Part shown: one piece after another, positions 49,949 through 62,144 of the stretch | Numbering within the stretch: position 1 is the stretch's first letter | Layout of the letters: the number at the start of each line of letters is the position of its first letter | Assembly: GCF_963921235.1 (NCBI RefSeq) | Contig: NC_086097.1 | Location: 206,090,001-206,154,000 of the forward strand | Direction of reading: 5' to 3' | Length of the DNA stretch: 64,000 bases | DNA from: Mobula hypostoma | Lineage: Eukaryota | Made by a program: the position numbers and the translations under genes | The notes under the pieces: model-generated | What the model was told of the DNA's origin: nothing | The model's database searches: none | The model's input: the letters and a program-made list of their open reading frames with translations, nothing else

Positions 49949-50496
49949 TCAACAGATGGGTTCATATGAAAGTGTGAAATATGAATCTGGAGCAAGAATA
50001 GACTACTCAGCTGAATAAGCCTCGGGTGATATCTTAATAAAATCACAGCTGACCAGTAACTACAGTTCTGCACTTCCATCGACCTGGGTATCCTTTCATC
50101 TACTTGATATTCGATAATCTACCTTCCTCTATCTTAAAAATATTCAAAAACTATAGAATTCTATAGATTGAGACCTTATGCCTTACATATATCGATACTA
50201 CTTATTTTTAAACAATAACCCTTAGTTCATCCACAGGAAACATCTTCTCCTATCCATCTTTTCAAAGCCTGGTTTATTTTAGTAAACCACCATCTGCAAT
50301 GCTTCTTTGAGAGTGATGGAACACAGAAGTAGTCGTGGTCATCAATTGCAAACAAGGAAGATCCCAGTCATGACAACTACTCATACCACCGACTCATTCC
50401 ATACGAATACTTGTATCACCTTAGGCTTAAGGAGCTGAGTAGTCTATTCTTGCTCCAGATTCATAATTCATCCTTTCGTATGAACCCATTTGTTGA
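49949..50496. repeat. 64-bp inverted duplication within a CR1 3' remnant
   Basis: 49949-50012 versus the reverse complement of 50433-50496: 5 mismatches, inner 33 bp identical. Confidence 0.9.
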
Positions 50497-53400
50497 AACA
50501 GACTGGAACTGCTTCAGTGTGACAGTTTTTCCACTTTAAAAACTCACCTGCATAGGTCTCCTGTTCATTGTTGGATGACAGACAACCTCCATTGCCCTTC
50601 TAGACTGCAGATGTTACAATCCTTACATGTCAACTCTTTCCTCATAAGGAACTCTGGTAAATTGTAATCTGAACTACTTCTAAGGCACTTGCATCTTCCT
50701 TTAAGTAAGGAGACCTAGTTTATGGTACACATTAGTTCCAATATAACTTAAGCTTAAACTTTAGATTGCAAAGCACTGTAATGTTTTGCTGCATAAAAAA
50801 AATTTTTATTTTATTTTTCCCGCCAAAATAGACAATTTCATATTTCAAACTACGCCATCAAATTACAAATAATGCCATTCTGAATTTCTCATGTCTTTCT
50901 GATATGTTTAAAGAACTGCTAAATATATATGAGATTTTATTCCTAGTAATATCATGAAATCACAAGGAAGATATTGTCTTCTAATTAACAATACCCATTG
51001 TGGAGCATCTGATTGTTATGTCATTATGAATTGGTTTCAGATTATCCAGTGAATGTTTAGTCAGTGGTAATAATACACAAATGTACTATAAAGTTGGAAA
51101 GCAAATGGGGATGTGATTGCTGAATGAAACCAAGGCTTTTAGAAATCATTTGCTGGTTAAAATCCTTAGTGTTTGTAAGAAAATGAGAATAACTGTTACG
51201 TCAATACATAATTTAGATCAGTTCTAATTATTGCTGATTACTAAGACACTAGAATTGCTGACAGGTAATTTGAATTCACCTGGTTTGCCAACTAACATGG
51301 CTGAGTAATCTACGGAAGAGTGGAGTTTTATTATTTGAATAAAAATTAAACTGGCAGATTTAAGCGTATTTACTGTAACCATACTAGATCTTCCAAGACA
51401 TCAAGTTTCCATTTCGCCACTTGCAGAGTGATTTAAAAAGGTAATAACACACATATTCTGTTCGGCTTGTACTGTGGACTATTCTACACTTGGAGCTAAT
51501 ACTATTATAAAATGTTCCAAGGCAGTGGATCCATTGTTTACATTTGTAAGGTACTTACAGGTATTGGTTTATGGATATTGGTAGTGGTGTATGGGGTGTC
51601 CAGGGAGGTGTAACACCTCTGGTCAAGGAGCTTGTCACGTCCATTCAGGGGCAGCTCACTCATCTTTGGTCCCCACTGGACTCTCAGCTCTTGACTGTGG
51701 CTCCAAGTAGCTGTTTGTATGTGACAGTGGCCACACCCTGGTACGCTGCTTCAGCAGGTGGGGTAAACCAGGTGAGGGTAGCAGGCAGCCTCACATCCCA
51801 TTGAGGTAGGGACATGCCTATCCTAGCATGCAAAGTTTGCTCCAACAGACTGGGTGGATGAGATCTACAGTGAGATGCAATGGCCAGGAAGCTGGTACTG
51901 TAATGCTCTGTGGAGAGTGAAGGGCATGGCAAAGCATAGAAGATGGCATAATCATCCACTACAACTAAGGACACCAGTTTGTGAAGCTTGTTCATACCAC
52001 TGAACCAGTGTGGAAATGCCCATGAAATGACTTTTCTACTTTAAACATTTTCCCACACGGGTTTCCTGTCATCATTGGGCACAATGAACAAGCACCATTG
52101 GTACTGGTTTATTGTTGTCTCATGTATCCAGTTACAGGAGAAACTTAGTTCTGCAAGCCATTTCAAAAATATAAGTACTTTGAAGTAGTACAAGGGACAG
52201 AATGTAGTACAGAATGCCAGATATAGTTTTACGGTTACAATCCCAGAGATAGTGCTGTGCAGGGAGAGAATAAAGTGCTAGGTCATGATGAAGTGGATTG
52301 TAATATCAGGAGTTCATCTACAAAGTGCAAGAGGTCCATTCAAGAGTCTTCTGACAGCAGAATAGAAACTGTTCTTGATCCTGTGGTATTTTCAAGCTTT
52401 TGTAAATTAAGAGTATTATTGCTATTTCCTTTGCTTCTGAAACCCTTGCAAAGAGAATCACAATATCACAGAGGTACAAGGCACAATAGATGCTGTAATC
52501 TGGAGCCAAAAAACAACTGCTGGAGGAACTGAATGGGTCAGACAGCATCTGTGGAGGCAAAGCTATGGTCAACAGTTCAGGTCAAGACACTAATGTAAAT
52601 TCTCAGCCTGAGACATCAGCCATCCCTCTGCCTTCACATGTGCCATCTGGCATGCTGAGCTCCTGAGCTCCTGAGCTTCTTATTTGTAACACAACATCAT
52701 GCTTTGTGAGAAATAGTCTAATGGAATAAAATGTTTAATCTTTTTGAGAGGCACATTCAAGTTACATTGGATAGTCTGAATTGGATACAATTGAACATCA
52801 AAGCTTTGTCGCTCCTGAAACATCTCACAAAATGCCTCCTGATTATTCTTGAAGAGAACAGAAATCTTTTGCAGAGAGATTTTATTAATTTTTAATGGAT
52901 GAACTTAAAAAAAACATATGAAATGTTTCAGTGCATCATGGCATGTTTAGTTCACTAATTATCCTTCATTATATTTGTCCATATTTGTAAAAACAACAAT
53001 GTAAGTTATATAATTTTTTTTTGTTTCTGGCTTTCTTGAAACTACATACTTCTCCTGAAGGTTGATGTACATACATGAGAAGACCTGATATTTTCTGAGA
53101 GCCATTTATAATGTCCGACCCCAGATTATAATCAGAAACAGACCGGTCAAGCTCAGCTAACCCTTGGGTAAATTCCACAGTATTCCATTTAGGATTACAA
53201 AATAATAAATTGTACCAGTTTATTTGTGAATCTCTAGGATGAATAGAAATGGAGCTTTTTTGAAATTCATAGTTCTTAAATGAGATTTGTTGTTATTCTG
53301 CTCAAGGGCACCATTCAATATAAAATCTCTGTCACAACAAAGAAGATAGATAATATAGATAAGTCTGCATATGTGATAAGTAGTATCTGGGTGCACATAT

Positions 53401-53859
53401 AAAAAGTCATGGCATCAACCAAAAATATGGGAAACACTGAAAGCAGATTAGCAATATTGTTACAAAGCCAATGTTGCCCTCTTCAGACAGAATGATATAA
53501 CAGCAGATGAAACTGCCTTTCTGGGAAGAGAAGATGAGTCAAGATTTCAGGTCAATGTCCCTTTATTCGCACTGAAAAGATAAAAAAAGCAGAAAACTGG
53601 ATGGGGGAGGGGAGATGTCACTATTGATAAAAACCTGAAGTGACCATGGGGATAAGCTGTAAACAAGGTTACTGTATTTGGTCAATGAGCAATAGAGGGT
53701 GAGAAGACAGACAAAGTAACAAGGACAAAAGAACATGGAAGTTGGATAATGGCAGGAAGACTTACCCAGCAGGTTAGGCTGAACACTTCCCCTACTCCCA
53801 AAACAAAAGGAAAAAGAAAAGGGGAACGAGATCAAGCCAGGCTAATATTACAGACAGAT

Positions 53860-54972
53860 GCTTGTAGTCGAGCAGGGAGATAGCAATTCTGGATTTCGTG
53901 CTGCGCAATGAACCAGAATTGATTAGGGAGCTTAAGGTAAATGAAGGCTTAGGAGACAGTGATCATAATATGATAGAATTCACTCTGCAGTTTGATAGGG
54001 TGTATTATATAGGGTTAATCTTTGTGCTCTTTTGAATGCCTCACCACCGCTGGGGTCTTGAATGTACCAGAACTGGCTGCAAGAGCTTTGATTATGACTG
54101 TGGGAATACACTGTGAGAATGCAATACTGTGGGATCAGCTGTGGGAACATGAAACTTAGTTGAACAACGGGCAGGGCCCAAGAAGAGCAGAGACAAGTCA
54201 TGATTGGTTCCAACTCAGAGGTTTGAGCTGGTTCTAATGTATTAGTCTACTTGCTGCAGCATTTCATCAGTGGAAAGTTTATATAAGTAGAGTAGTCGGG
54301 GTGGGGGTTTGGGAGTGGTTTTTTGGGACGTCACCAATGGGCTGGTGGTGAATGGTGCTGCAATTGAGTGAGAGGTGTGCTGCGGTGAGATAGCCCACAC
54401 ACACCTAAATAAGTATTTTAATGCTTGCTCAGTTCTGTCCTAATAAGCATAGTTTTGTAGTTCTAAGTAGATATTGCAGTTTGTGTCTCATCGATTCTGA
54501 TCTAAAAACTTACTGTTTTAACAAAACAGAGGAAGAAGCTAACATTGGTTGTATCAGTATTACAGCTGAGTAAAGGTAACTACAGAGGCATGAAAGAGGA
54601 ACTGTCCAAAGTTAATTGGAAAGGGACCTAAACAAGGATGATGCTGGAACAGCAATGGCTGCAAAGACAGTAAAAAAGTAAAAAGGAGAGCATATAGCCT
54701 TGAAAAAACTGGTGGAACCTCAAGGATTGGGAAGCTTTAAATCCAACAGAAAGCAACTAAAAAGCAATAAAGGGAGAAAAGATGAAATATAAAGGTAAGC
54801 TAAATACTAAAAATCTTTTGGTATTGTATTTTATATAATAATATAAAGCACAATACCAGAAGATTTTTCAGATTATAGCACATAACAGAGAGGGAGGGAT
54901 GGACGGACGTTGAACCACAGGAAAGTGATGATACAAAAGTAGTAATGGGGAGCAAAGAAATGGCAGATACAC
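53860..54972 (+). mobile_element. CR1 ORF2 fragment with a probable solo LTR inserted at 54001-54528
   Basis: AILDFVLRNEP..LGDSDHN before 54000, and CR1 resumes after 54528; the insert has TG...CA ends but an unclear TSD. Confidence 0.75.
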
Positions 54973-54974
54973 TT

Positions 54975-56105
54975 TGTGACCAACTTCGCAATGAAAGAGG
55001 AAGTGAGTCTTTTCTTGGGGATGGTGACTTACCTGGCTAAGTTCATCCCTCGACAGCCAGTTGTGTTAGCACCACTTAGGTCATACGTTGAGCAGGAGAA
55101 TGAGTGGATTTCGCCTCACGAGCAAGAAGAGTGTTTCCAGAAGAGCCTGTGCTGAAGTTTTATGATCCGGAAAGGTGTACTAGGATCTAGGTGGATGCAT
55201 CCTGGTACGGCTTTGAGCGGTATTACTGTAGCAGCATGATGACACATGGCAATCTCTGGCCTATGCATCATGTGCTATAACAAGTGCAGAAGCCAACTAT
55301 GCACAAATAGGGAAAGAGCTTCTCGTCAGCACATATGCATGCAAAATATTCCATCAGGCCATCTATGGACAAGCTTATGAAGTGAAGACAGACCATAAAC
55401 CACTGGTCTCAGTTATGTCCAAACCACTGCATGACTGTCCCATGAGGATTTCCACAAATATGTAATGATTTACATAAGCGCACCACTGCAGAATGGCCTT
55501 TCACAAGCCCAAATGCTGACGGGTTGACACATACACTCTAACTTCCCAATGCACGAAAAGCTGTTGACACCTAAAGGAGCACACAGGTTAAATTGGCTAA
55601 AGTGAAAGGGAAAGGAAAACAGAAACAGTATCATGACAAGGCTGCAAGAAGACTACCAGTTCTGAAGCCTGGAGATCAAGTGTGAATCTGAGATCATGAT
55701 TCTGAACCACTAAAGGACCATTAAACTACCTCAGAGACGGATTAAAAGTTGATGAGTGGATAGCGGCTTGTGGTTGGTCATTGCAATTTTAGCTGAAAAG
55801 TTCAACATTTGAAAATTCGAAAAAAAAGAGACCAGCTACGGAACGTAGATGTCTTTGTAGGAAAAGATTAATGTTCCTTGCTGGTTTATGAGGACATAGT
55901 ATTGTGTTTGTGTTTCTTTCAAGGGGCAAGATGTGATATGTGTGCCCAATGGAGAACTTCAGTTCGCAGTGGGCAATGCGACAGATTCACCCAGAACGTA
56001 TGATGGTGACGTAGTTGTGAACACATTGGTTTGAGCAGCAGTTCAGTAATAAAATATTCTAATGTAAACCTGTGGCAAGTCTGTCGTTGTTAAGAACAAA
56101 CATCA
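54975..56105 (+). mobile_element. Gypsy retrotransposon remnant (RT/RNase H/integrase pieces, PPT, short 3' LTR ~55932-56105)
   Basis: FLGMVTYLAKFIP, VLKFYDP, VDAS, LAYASCAITSAEANYAQIGKELL, TDHKPLV; purine tract AAGGGGCAAGA followed by TG...CA with AATAAA. Confidence 0.88.
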
Positions 56106-56424
56106 CTGGTACCTCACCTGCCGCTAAGGATGATTGAAATATCTCTGCTAGGGTCCTGCAAGTTCTGTACTTGCCTCCCTTCAGGGTCTGAATGAATATC
56201 TCAGGCCCTGAGATTTGTTCACCCTGATTTGTCTTAAGACAGCAAACACCTCTTCTACTGTAATCTGTATATCTCCTTTGTAACTTGTTTATCAAATAAC
56301 ACGTTCTCAGTTTGTTTATTTATTTATTTATCTGCCTATTTGTTTATTTATTTATTTAATTAATTTGCATTTGTACAACCCTCCCAAACGTATTCAAATT
56401 GATATACCAGTTGTTGAGAGGGAT

Positions 56425-59012
56425 CTCTCTCTGTATCTTGTTTTACGGCGGTTGGCATCCAGCTTAATGGTGCATTACCGCCACCCTCTGCTCCAGAATG
56501 TGCACTAGACATACATTCTAAATCCCTTCACCCAATCGCGCACGTGTACACACACAAATATATATACAAACCTACACTTCACCCTCCCATCTTTGACCAT
56601 CCTAGTATCCTATTCCTGTTTATTCGTTATATTCTATAAAAAACCCCTGTACCCCTTAAAAACGCGAAAAATACCCGGACTTGTGCTCTCACCCATGCCC
56701 AGCAACCCTTTGAATGTGAATTCCTGCATCCCCAACTCCCTTAATTTATTTCTCATCATCTCTCTCTGTATCCCATACTTCCTGCAACACAAAACTACAT
56801 GTTCTACTGACTCCTCTTCCTGACTGACATTCCTCACACAATCCTGTCTGGTGTTTCCCTATCATTTTCAATGTTTTGTTTAATGCACAATGCCCCAGCC
56901 TTAACCTAGTCCACACAATTTCCTCTCTTCTGTTTCCATTACCTACCCTAGTAACTGCAACACTCTTTTGTATTTGATATAAATGCCTCCCTTTCCCCTC
57001 CCTGTCCCATCCTTCTTGCCACATTCGGTTGACTTTTTCCCAGATTACACACTTAGCCTCTGCTTTACTGATACTAATCTGCATTTCCACATTTTCTTTC
57101 TTTAACGCCCTCTTTGCCAACTCATCCACCCTCTCATTCCCCTTCACCCCTACATGTGCTGGAACCCATAGAAATTTTACCTGACCTCCCTGATTTGCAA
57201 TTCTTGTAACTAACTGAAAGACTTCATAAAGTACATCTTGCCGACTGTTTGTGTGAAAAGACCTTAAACTTGCTAGAACTGAGGATGAATCTGAACATAT
57301 CAATGCTTTGGCTTGTCTGGCTTTCTGCACCCATTGCAACGCAACCAAAACTGCCAGCATCTCCACTGTAAACACCCCTAACTTATTAGATGTTCTTCTG
57401 CTGATTCCAGTTTCTTTTGCTGGTATAACCACCCCAAACCCTGTCACTCCTGTTTCAGGTTCCTTCGCACCATCCGTATAAATGTGAGTATAATCACTAT
57501 ACTTTTCCATCACATGACAGTTAAATGCATTTACCAAATCTGTTTTATATCTTTCTTTCTTTTTTACCTCTAACAAATGCCAGTCTATGTCAGGCCATAC
57601 AAGCTTCCATGGAGCTACAACCGGATAAACTACTGAAGGACTTATCCTCAGATCAAATACTCCACATTCTTTCGCGATATCATTCCCTACCCGACTAAAG
57701 GTATCCCTCTGAAACCTCCCATTTTCCCAGCACTCCTGCAACACTCCTTTAGTAGGGTGAGAACCATTGTGCCCCTGCAAGTTAGCCCAGTAGTTTGCCA
57801 TCAGTTGCATCCTTCTTAGCTCCAAAGGCATTATTCCCATTTCTACCTGTAGGGCTGACACTGGTGACGTTTTAAAAGCTCCACTGCACACTCTCAAGGC
57901 CTGAGCCTGAATCATATCCAGTTTCTTTATAAGAGACCTAGCTGCTGATCTATATACTATATTTCCATAATCCAATACAGATCTTACTAAAGCCACATAC
58001 ATTCTCTTCAAAGCTGAACAACTTGCCCTACCAGTCAAACATCTCATCACATTTATTACTTTTTTACATTTCTCTTCAACTTTCCTGATATGGTCTGCCC
58101 ATGTTAATCGTGAATCAAATATAACTCCCAGAAATTTAAATGATGCAACCCTTTCTAATTCAACTCCATACATCCTTAACTTCTTCCCTACCTCAACCCT
58201 TTTCCTGGTAAAAAATACAGTTTGAGTTTTGTCTACTGAAAATCTACATCCCCAATCATAACCCCACTCCACCATTTCATCAATTGCTTCTTGTAGTTTC
58301 CTGATTATATGGTCCATGTTCCTGCCTCTTTTCCACAAGGCCCCATCATCCGCAAACAGTGACCTACCTATATCCACTGGTACCTTTGTGAAGACATCAT
58401 TGATCATAATGATGAAAAGTAACGGGCTAATCACACTACCTTGAGGTGTGCCATTTTCCACTATGTACTGTTTTGATAATTCTGATCCAATCCGAACTTG
58501 AATTTTTCTACCAAACAAAAAATCTTTAATCCAATTAAAAACTCTCCCACCAACCCCCATCTTGTGCAGTTTAATTAATAATCCTTCCTTCCACATCATA
58601 TCATAGGCTTTTTCAATGTCAAAGAACACTGCCACTACTGACTCTCTATTTGCCTAGGCCTTCCTTATTTCAGTCTCTAACATAATCACTGAGTCCATGG
58701 AATTCCTTCCCTTTCTAAAACCACTCTGATAACTTGCCAGCACTCCCCTTTTCTCAAGCTCATATGATAACCTTTCTGTTATCATCCTTTCCATTATCTT
58801 ACATATACTTGATGTTAATGCAATTGGTCTGTAGCTAGTGGGTTTTGACAGATCCTTGCCAGGCTTTCTTATTGGAATTACTACTGATTCTTTCCATGCA
58901 CTTGGTAATCTTCCCTCCTCCCACACTCTGTTATAAAAATGCAGCAACTTCAAGAGCGCTCCTTCTCCTAGATTTTTTAGCATCACAGAGCATATCAGAT
59001 CTTTCCCTGGGG
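56425..59012 (-). mobile_element. Young 5'-truncated I-group (Nimb/I-like) LINE with RT + RNase H + C-terminal zinc knuckle
   Basis: YRPIALTS, QSGFR, FFDIEKAYD, GTPQGSVISP, LFADD, RNase H IYTDGAK..SDS..WVPAHVGVKGNERVDELAK, RLRLGH, CEEC..EHVVLCC; TSD GTTGAGAGGGAT / GTTGAGACGGAT (56413-56424, 59013-59024). Confidence 0.95.
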
Positions 59013-59745
59013 GTTGAGACGGATGGCCAGGGTGATATTCTGCATTGGCTCCCTTTTCCCTTTTCCTGATTGCCACCCAGTTTCCTGTGTCCTGCTCCTT
59101 TGGTGTAATTACCTCTCTATATGTCCTATCTATCACCCCTTATCTGGACACCTCAAACACCTTAACGTGATTGCTTAAAGCTGTAGCTGGGTGCACTTCT
59201 TGCAGATGTAGTCGTCAGGAACACTGGAGGTCTCCCTGCCTTCCCTCACCCTGCAAGAGGAGCATTTCACTATCCTACCTGGCATCTTTAGTGTCACAGC
59301 CAAGCAGATATAAAGAAATGAAAGGAAAAAAAAAACTTAACCTTGAGTCTTGATTTTCTTTCCTTTGCTTTCTCTGTCTGAAGCCTCAAAGAGCTATAGC
59401 CTCAAGATCAGCACTCTGACTCTGTCCACTCGGATGATAGCCACTACACTTGTACTTGCCTTCTTTTAATTTGTTCTTGCTAATCAATCCCAAATGCCGA
59501 TTGGTTGCTGTTTAAAGCTCTTTATTGTTGTACTTTACTGCTGGTTTTTCTACTTGGGCAGTGGACCTGAGTGAAATCCCCTCCTTTTGTTGTCTGGATT
59601 GGTCGCTGGTCAAAGCTCTTTTTCTCTGTAGTGACCCACTGCTGGCTTTTCTATTCAGGCAGTGGACCTCAGTGAATTCCCCTCCTCTCAAAACTTCTAA
59701 GGTCCAGATTGGTCACTGGTTAAAGCTCTTTTTTGCTCTTTTCAG
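59013..59745 (-). mobile_element. CR1 5' end (5' UTR with ~100-bp repeats and ORF1 zinc-finger region)
   Basis: Minus strand RETSSVPDDYICKKCTQLQL; three copies of GATTGGTnnCTGnTnAAAGCTCTTT. Confidence 0.75.
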
Positions 59746-60667
59746 TGTACCACTAAGGTTGTATGATAGAAATTCCTGGAAAATATCATCCCAAGTCCCA
59801 AATGTTCTCATTCTGTAACTATTCTGTTTCTATAATTCATTTCAGAAGAAATTTTAAAATACACCTGCATGTTAAAAGCTATTTCTCTTTTTGATGTGTG
59901 AGTTTCTTTGTTTTTGTTCGTATGAAAGTAAAATTGAAACATGATCTATTAAAAAAGAACCATAATTCTACCTTAATTCAGTCAATTCTGTGCTTTTTTG
60001 TAAATGAGCCTTAAGATGAAAAGAGCTTTTGAATGAAAAGATTATTTTTACAGCTATTGTAATGCATATTTGTATGCCTATTTCCTTGCATTCTCATTAA
60101 AAATGAATTGTGTTGACATTGCAGAGATAATCTAGTTTATGGAGTTGCGTGTTAGTAGCCAATTTTCACTTGCCGTCTCTACAATAGTAATTCAATTGTT
60201 GACTGTACTTACTGGGGTTGGGTTAAGGGTTGACTGTCTGCTGCACCTGACTCACAGAATGCTTTGTGAGCTGCAACCACCACAGCTGATGTGTTTTTCA
60301 GCTATTCATTCAAAGGATATGGACGTCACATGCAAAGTAAGAGGATGATGGTGAGTTACATTGCTAATCCACTTCACTTCGGATGGTGAAGGTATTAACA
60401 ACAACTGTGCTGTGTACAGATTTTCAGGACATTGAACCAACGATACAGGAATGGATATATGTTTCTTAGCTGGTGTGGGGTGGAAGTCTGTAGGTAAATT
60501 GAAAGTGATGTTACTTCCATGGGTCTACTGCCTTCGCCTTTCTGGGCCATGCAGGTCATTACTGTGAAAAAATATCAAAGGAGTTTGCTGAATTGCTGCT
60601 CTGTATTTTGTTGATGGTACACACTACAGCATGGTCCGCTGGGAGTAAGTAATTAGGATCATAAATG

Positions 60668-60876
60668 TAAGAGATTCTGTAAATGCTGGAAATTTTGAGC
60701 AACGCACACAAAATGCTGACAGGACTCATCAACTCAGGTAGTATCTATGGAGGGGCATAAACGATGTTTTGTCCTGAGATCCTTCACTGGAGTGCTGATG
60801 GTGGGTCTCAACCTGAAACATTGACTGTTTATTCCCCTGCCTGACTGAGTTCCACCTGCACTTTGTCTGTGTTGCT
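60668..60876. mobile_element. Old palindromic Penelope-derived element
   Basis: Same two-arm layout as 7967-8237, with degenerate CTGATGG...GAAACATTGACT. Confidence 0.7.
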
Positions 60877-61212
60877 AAGTAATTAAGATGGTGGACGAAA
60901 TATCAGTCAAATGAGTTGCTACATCCTGTATGGCACTGAGCTGCATTCATTTGGGCAAATGAAGTGTATACTGTCACATTCCTGACTTGTGCTTTGCATT
61001 CAGTGAAATGATTTTGGGGTGTCATCTATTGTATTAACTTGTGTTTATCTTATTCTCATAGCTATAATTCTTGTGTGGTTCATTCAGTCCTGTTTCTGGC
61101 AAAGTTAACACCCTAAACCAGAATGTTTTTGATAGACAATCTAATATCATGAGAGCTGGTTAGATTTTCTCTTGCTGGACCTGATCATTGCCTGGCTCTA
61201 GTATCACATAAA

Positions 61213-62010
61213 TAGAGTCATAGAAAAGTACAGCATAAAACAGGCCCTTTGGCCCATCTAATCCATGCTGAACCATTTAAACTACCTATGCCCATTGACC
61301 TGCACCCGGCCCATAGCCCTCCATATCCCTACCATCCATGTACCTACTCAAACTTCTCTTAAACATTGAAATCGAGTTCGCAGGCACCACGTGTGCCAGC
61401 AGCTCATTCCACACTCTCATGACCCTCAGAATAAAGGAGTTTCCCCTCATGTTCATCTTAAACTTCTCAACTTTCACCCTTAACCCTTATCCCAACCTCT
61501 AATAGTCTTCTTTACTGTCCACTACACATCCAGTTTTGGTGACATCTGTAAATTTGCTGATACACTTAACTATATTATCATCCAGACTATTGATATAGTT
61601 AACAAACAACAATGATCCCAGCACTGATCCCTGAGGAACTCCATAGTCACAGGCCTCCCTTTAGAGAAGCAACTATCTACTACCACTCTCTGGCTTTTCC
61701 TACAATGCCAATCTTTAATCTAATTTACTACCTCATATTGAATGCCAAGCAACTGAACCTTCCTGATAAACGCTCATGCACGAGCTTGTCAACTGCTTTG
61801 TTAAGGTCCACGTAGGCAACATCCACTGCCTTGCCTTCATCAACATTCCTAGTAACTTCCTCAAAAAACTTTATAAGAATGGCTAGATACAACCTACCAC
61901 ACACAAAGTCATGTTGACTATCCCTAGCCAGTCCCTGTATATCCAGGCCCTTAGAAAACCTTCCAATCATTTTCCCACCACTGATGTCAGGCTTAGCGGC
62001 CTATAATTTC
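61213..62010 (-). mobile_element. CR1 fragment with internal deletion
   Basis: SQHDFV, KAVDVAYVDLNKAVDK, RVMRVWNEL; tail at ~61213. Confidence 0.88.
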
Positions 62011-62144
62011 CTCTTTTATTTTTACGGCCTACATTAAATGGCAAGTGCTATTTGCCACTTAACAATTCATTTCTGAGTGCTGTTTTGCTTACGCTGTATG
62101 AGTGGAAATACAACTTTGAACCATGCAATCATCTTAGATTATGC

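Noticed and set aside
56746..58635. 629-aa RT/RNase H ORF as a domesticated host gene or novel RT system
   Set aside because: It is 5'-truncated, flanked by a TSD, and carries a nonsense codon and a frameshift: an ordinary LINE copy.
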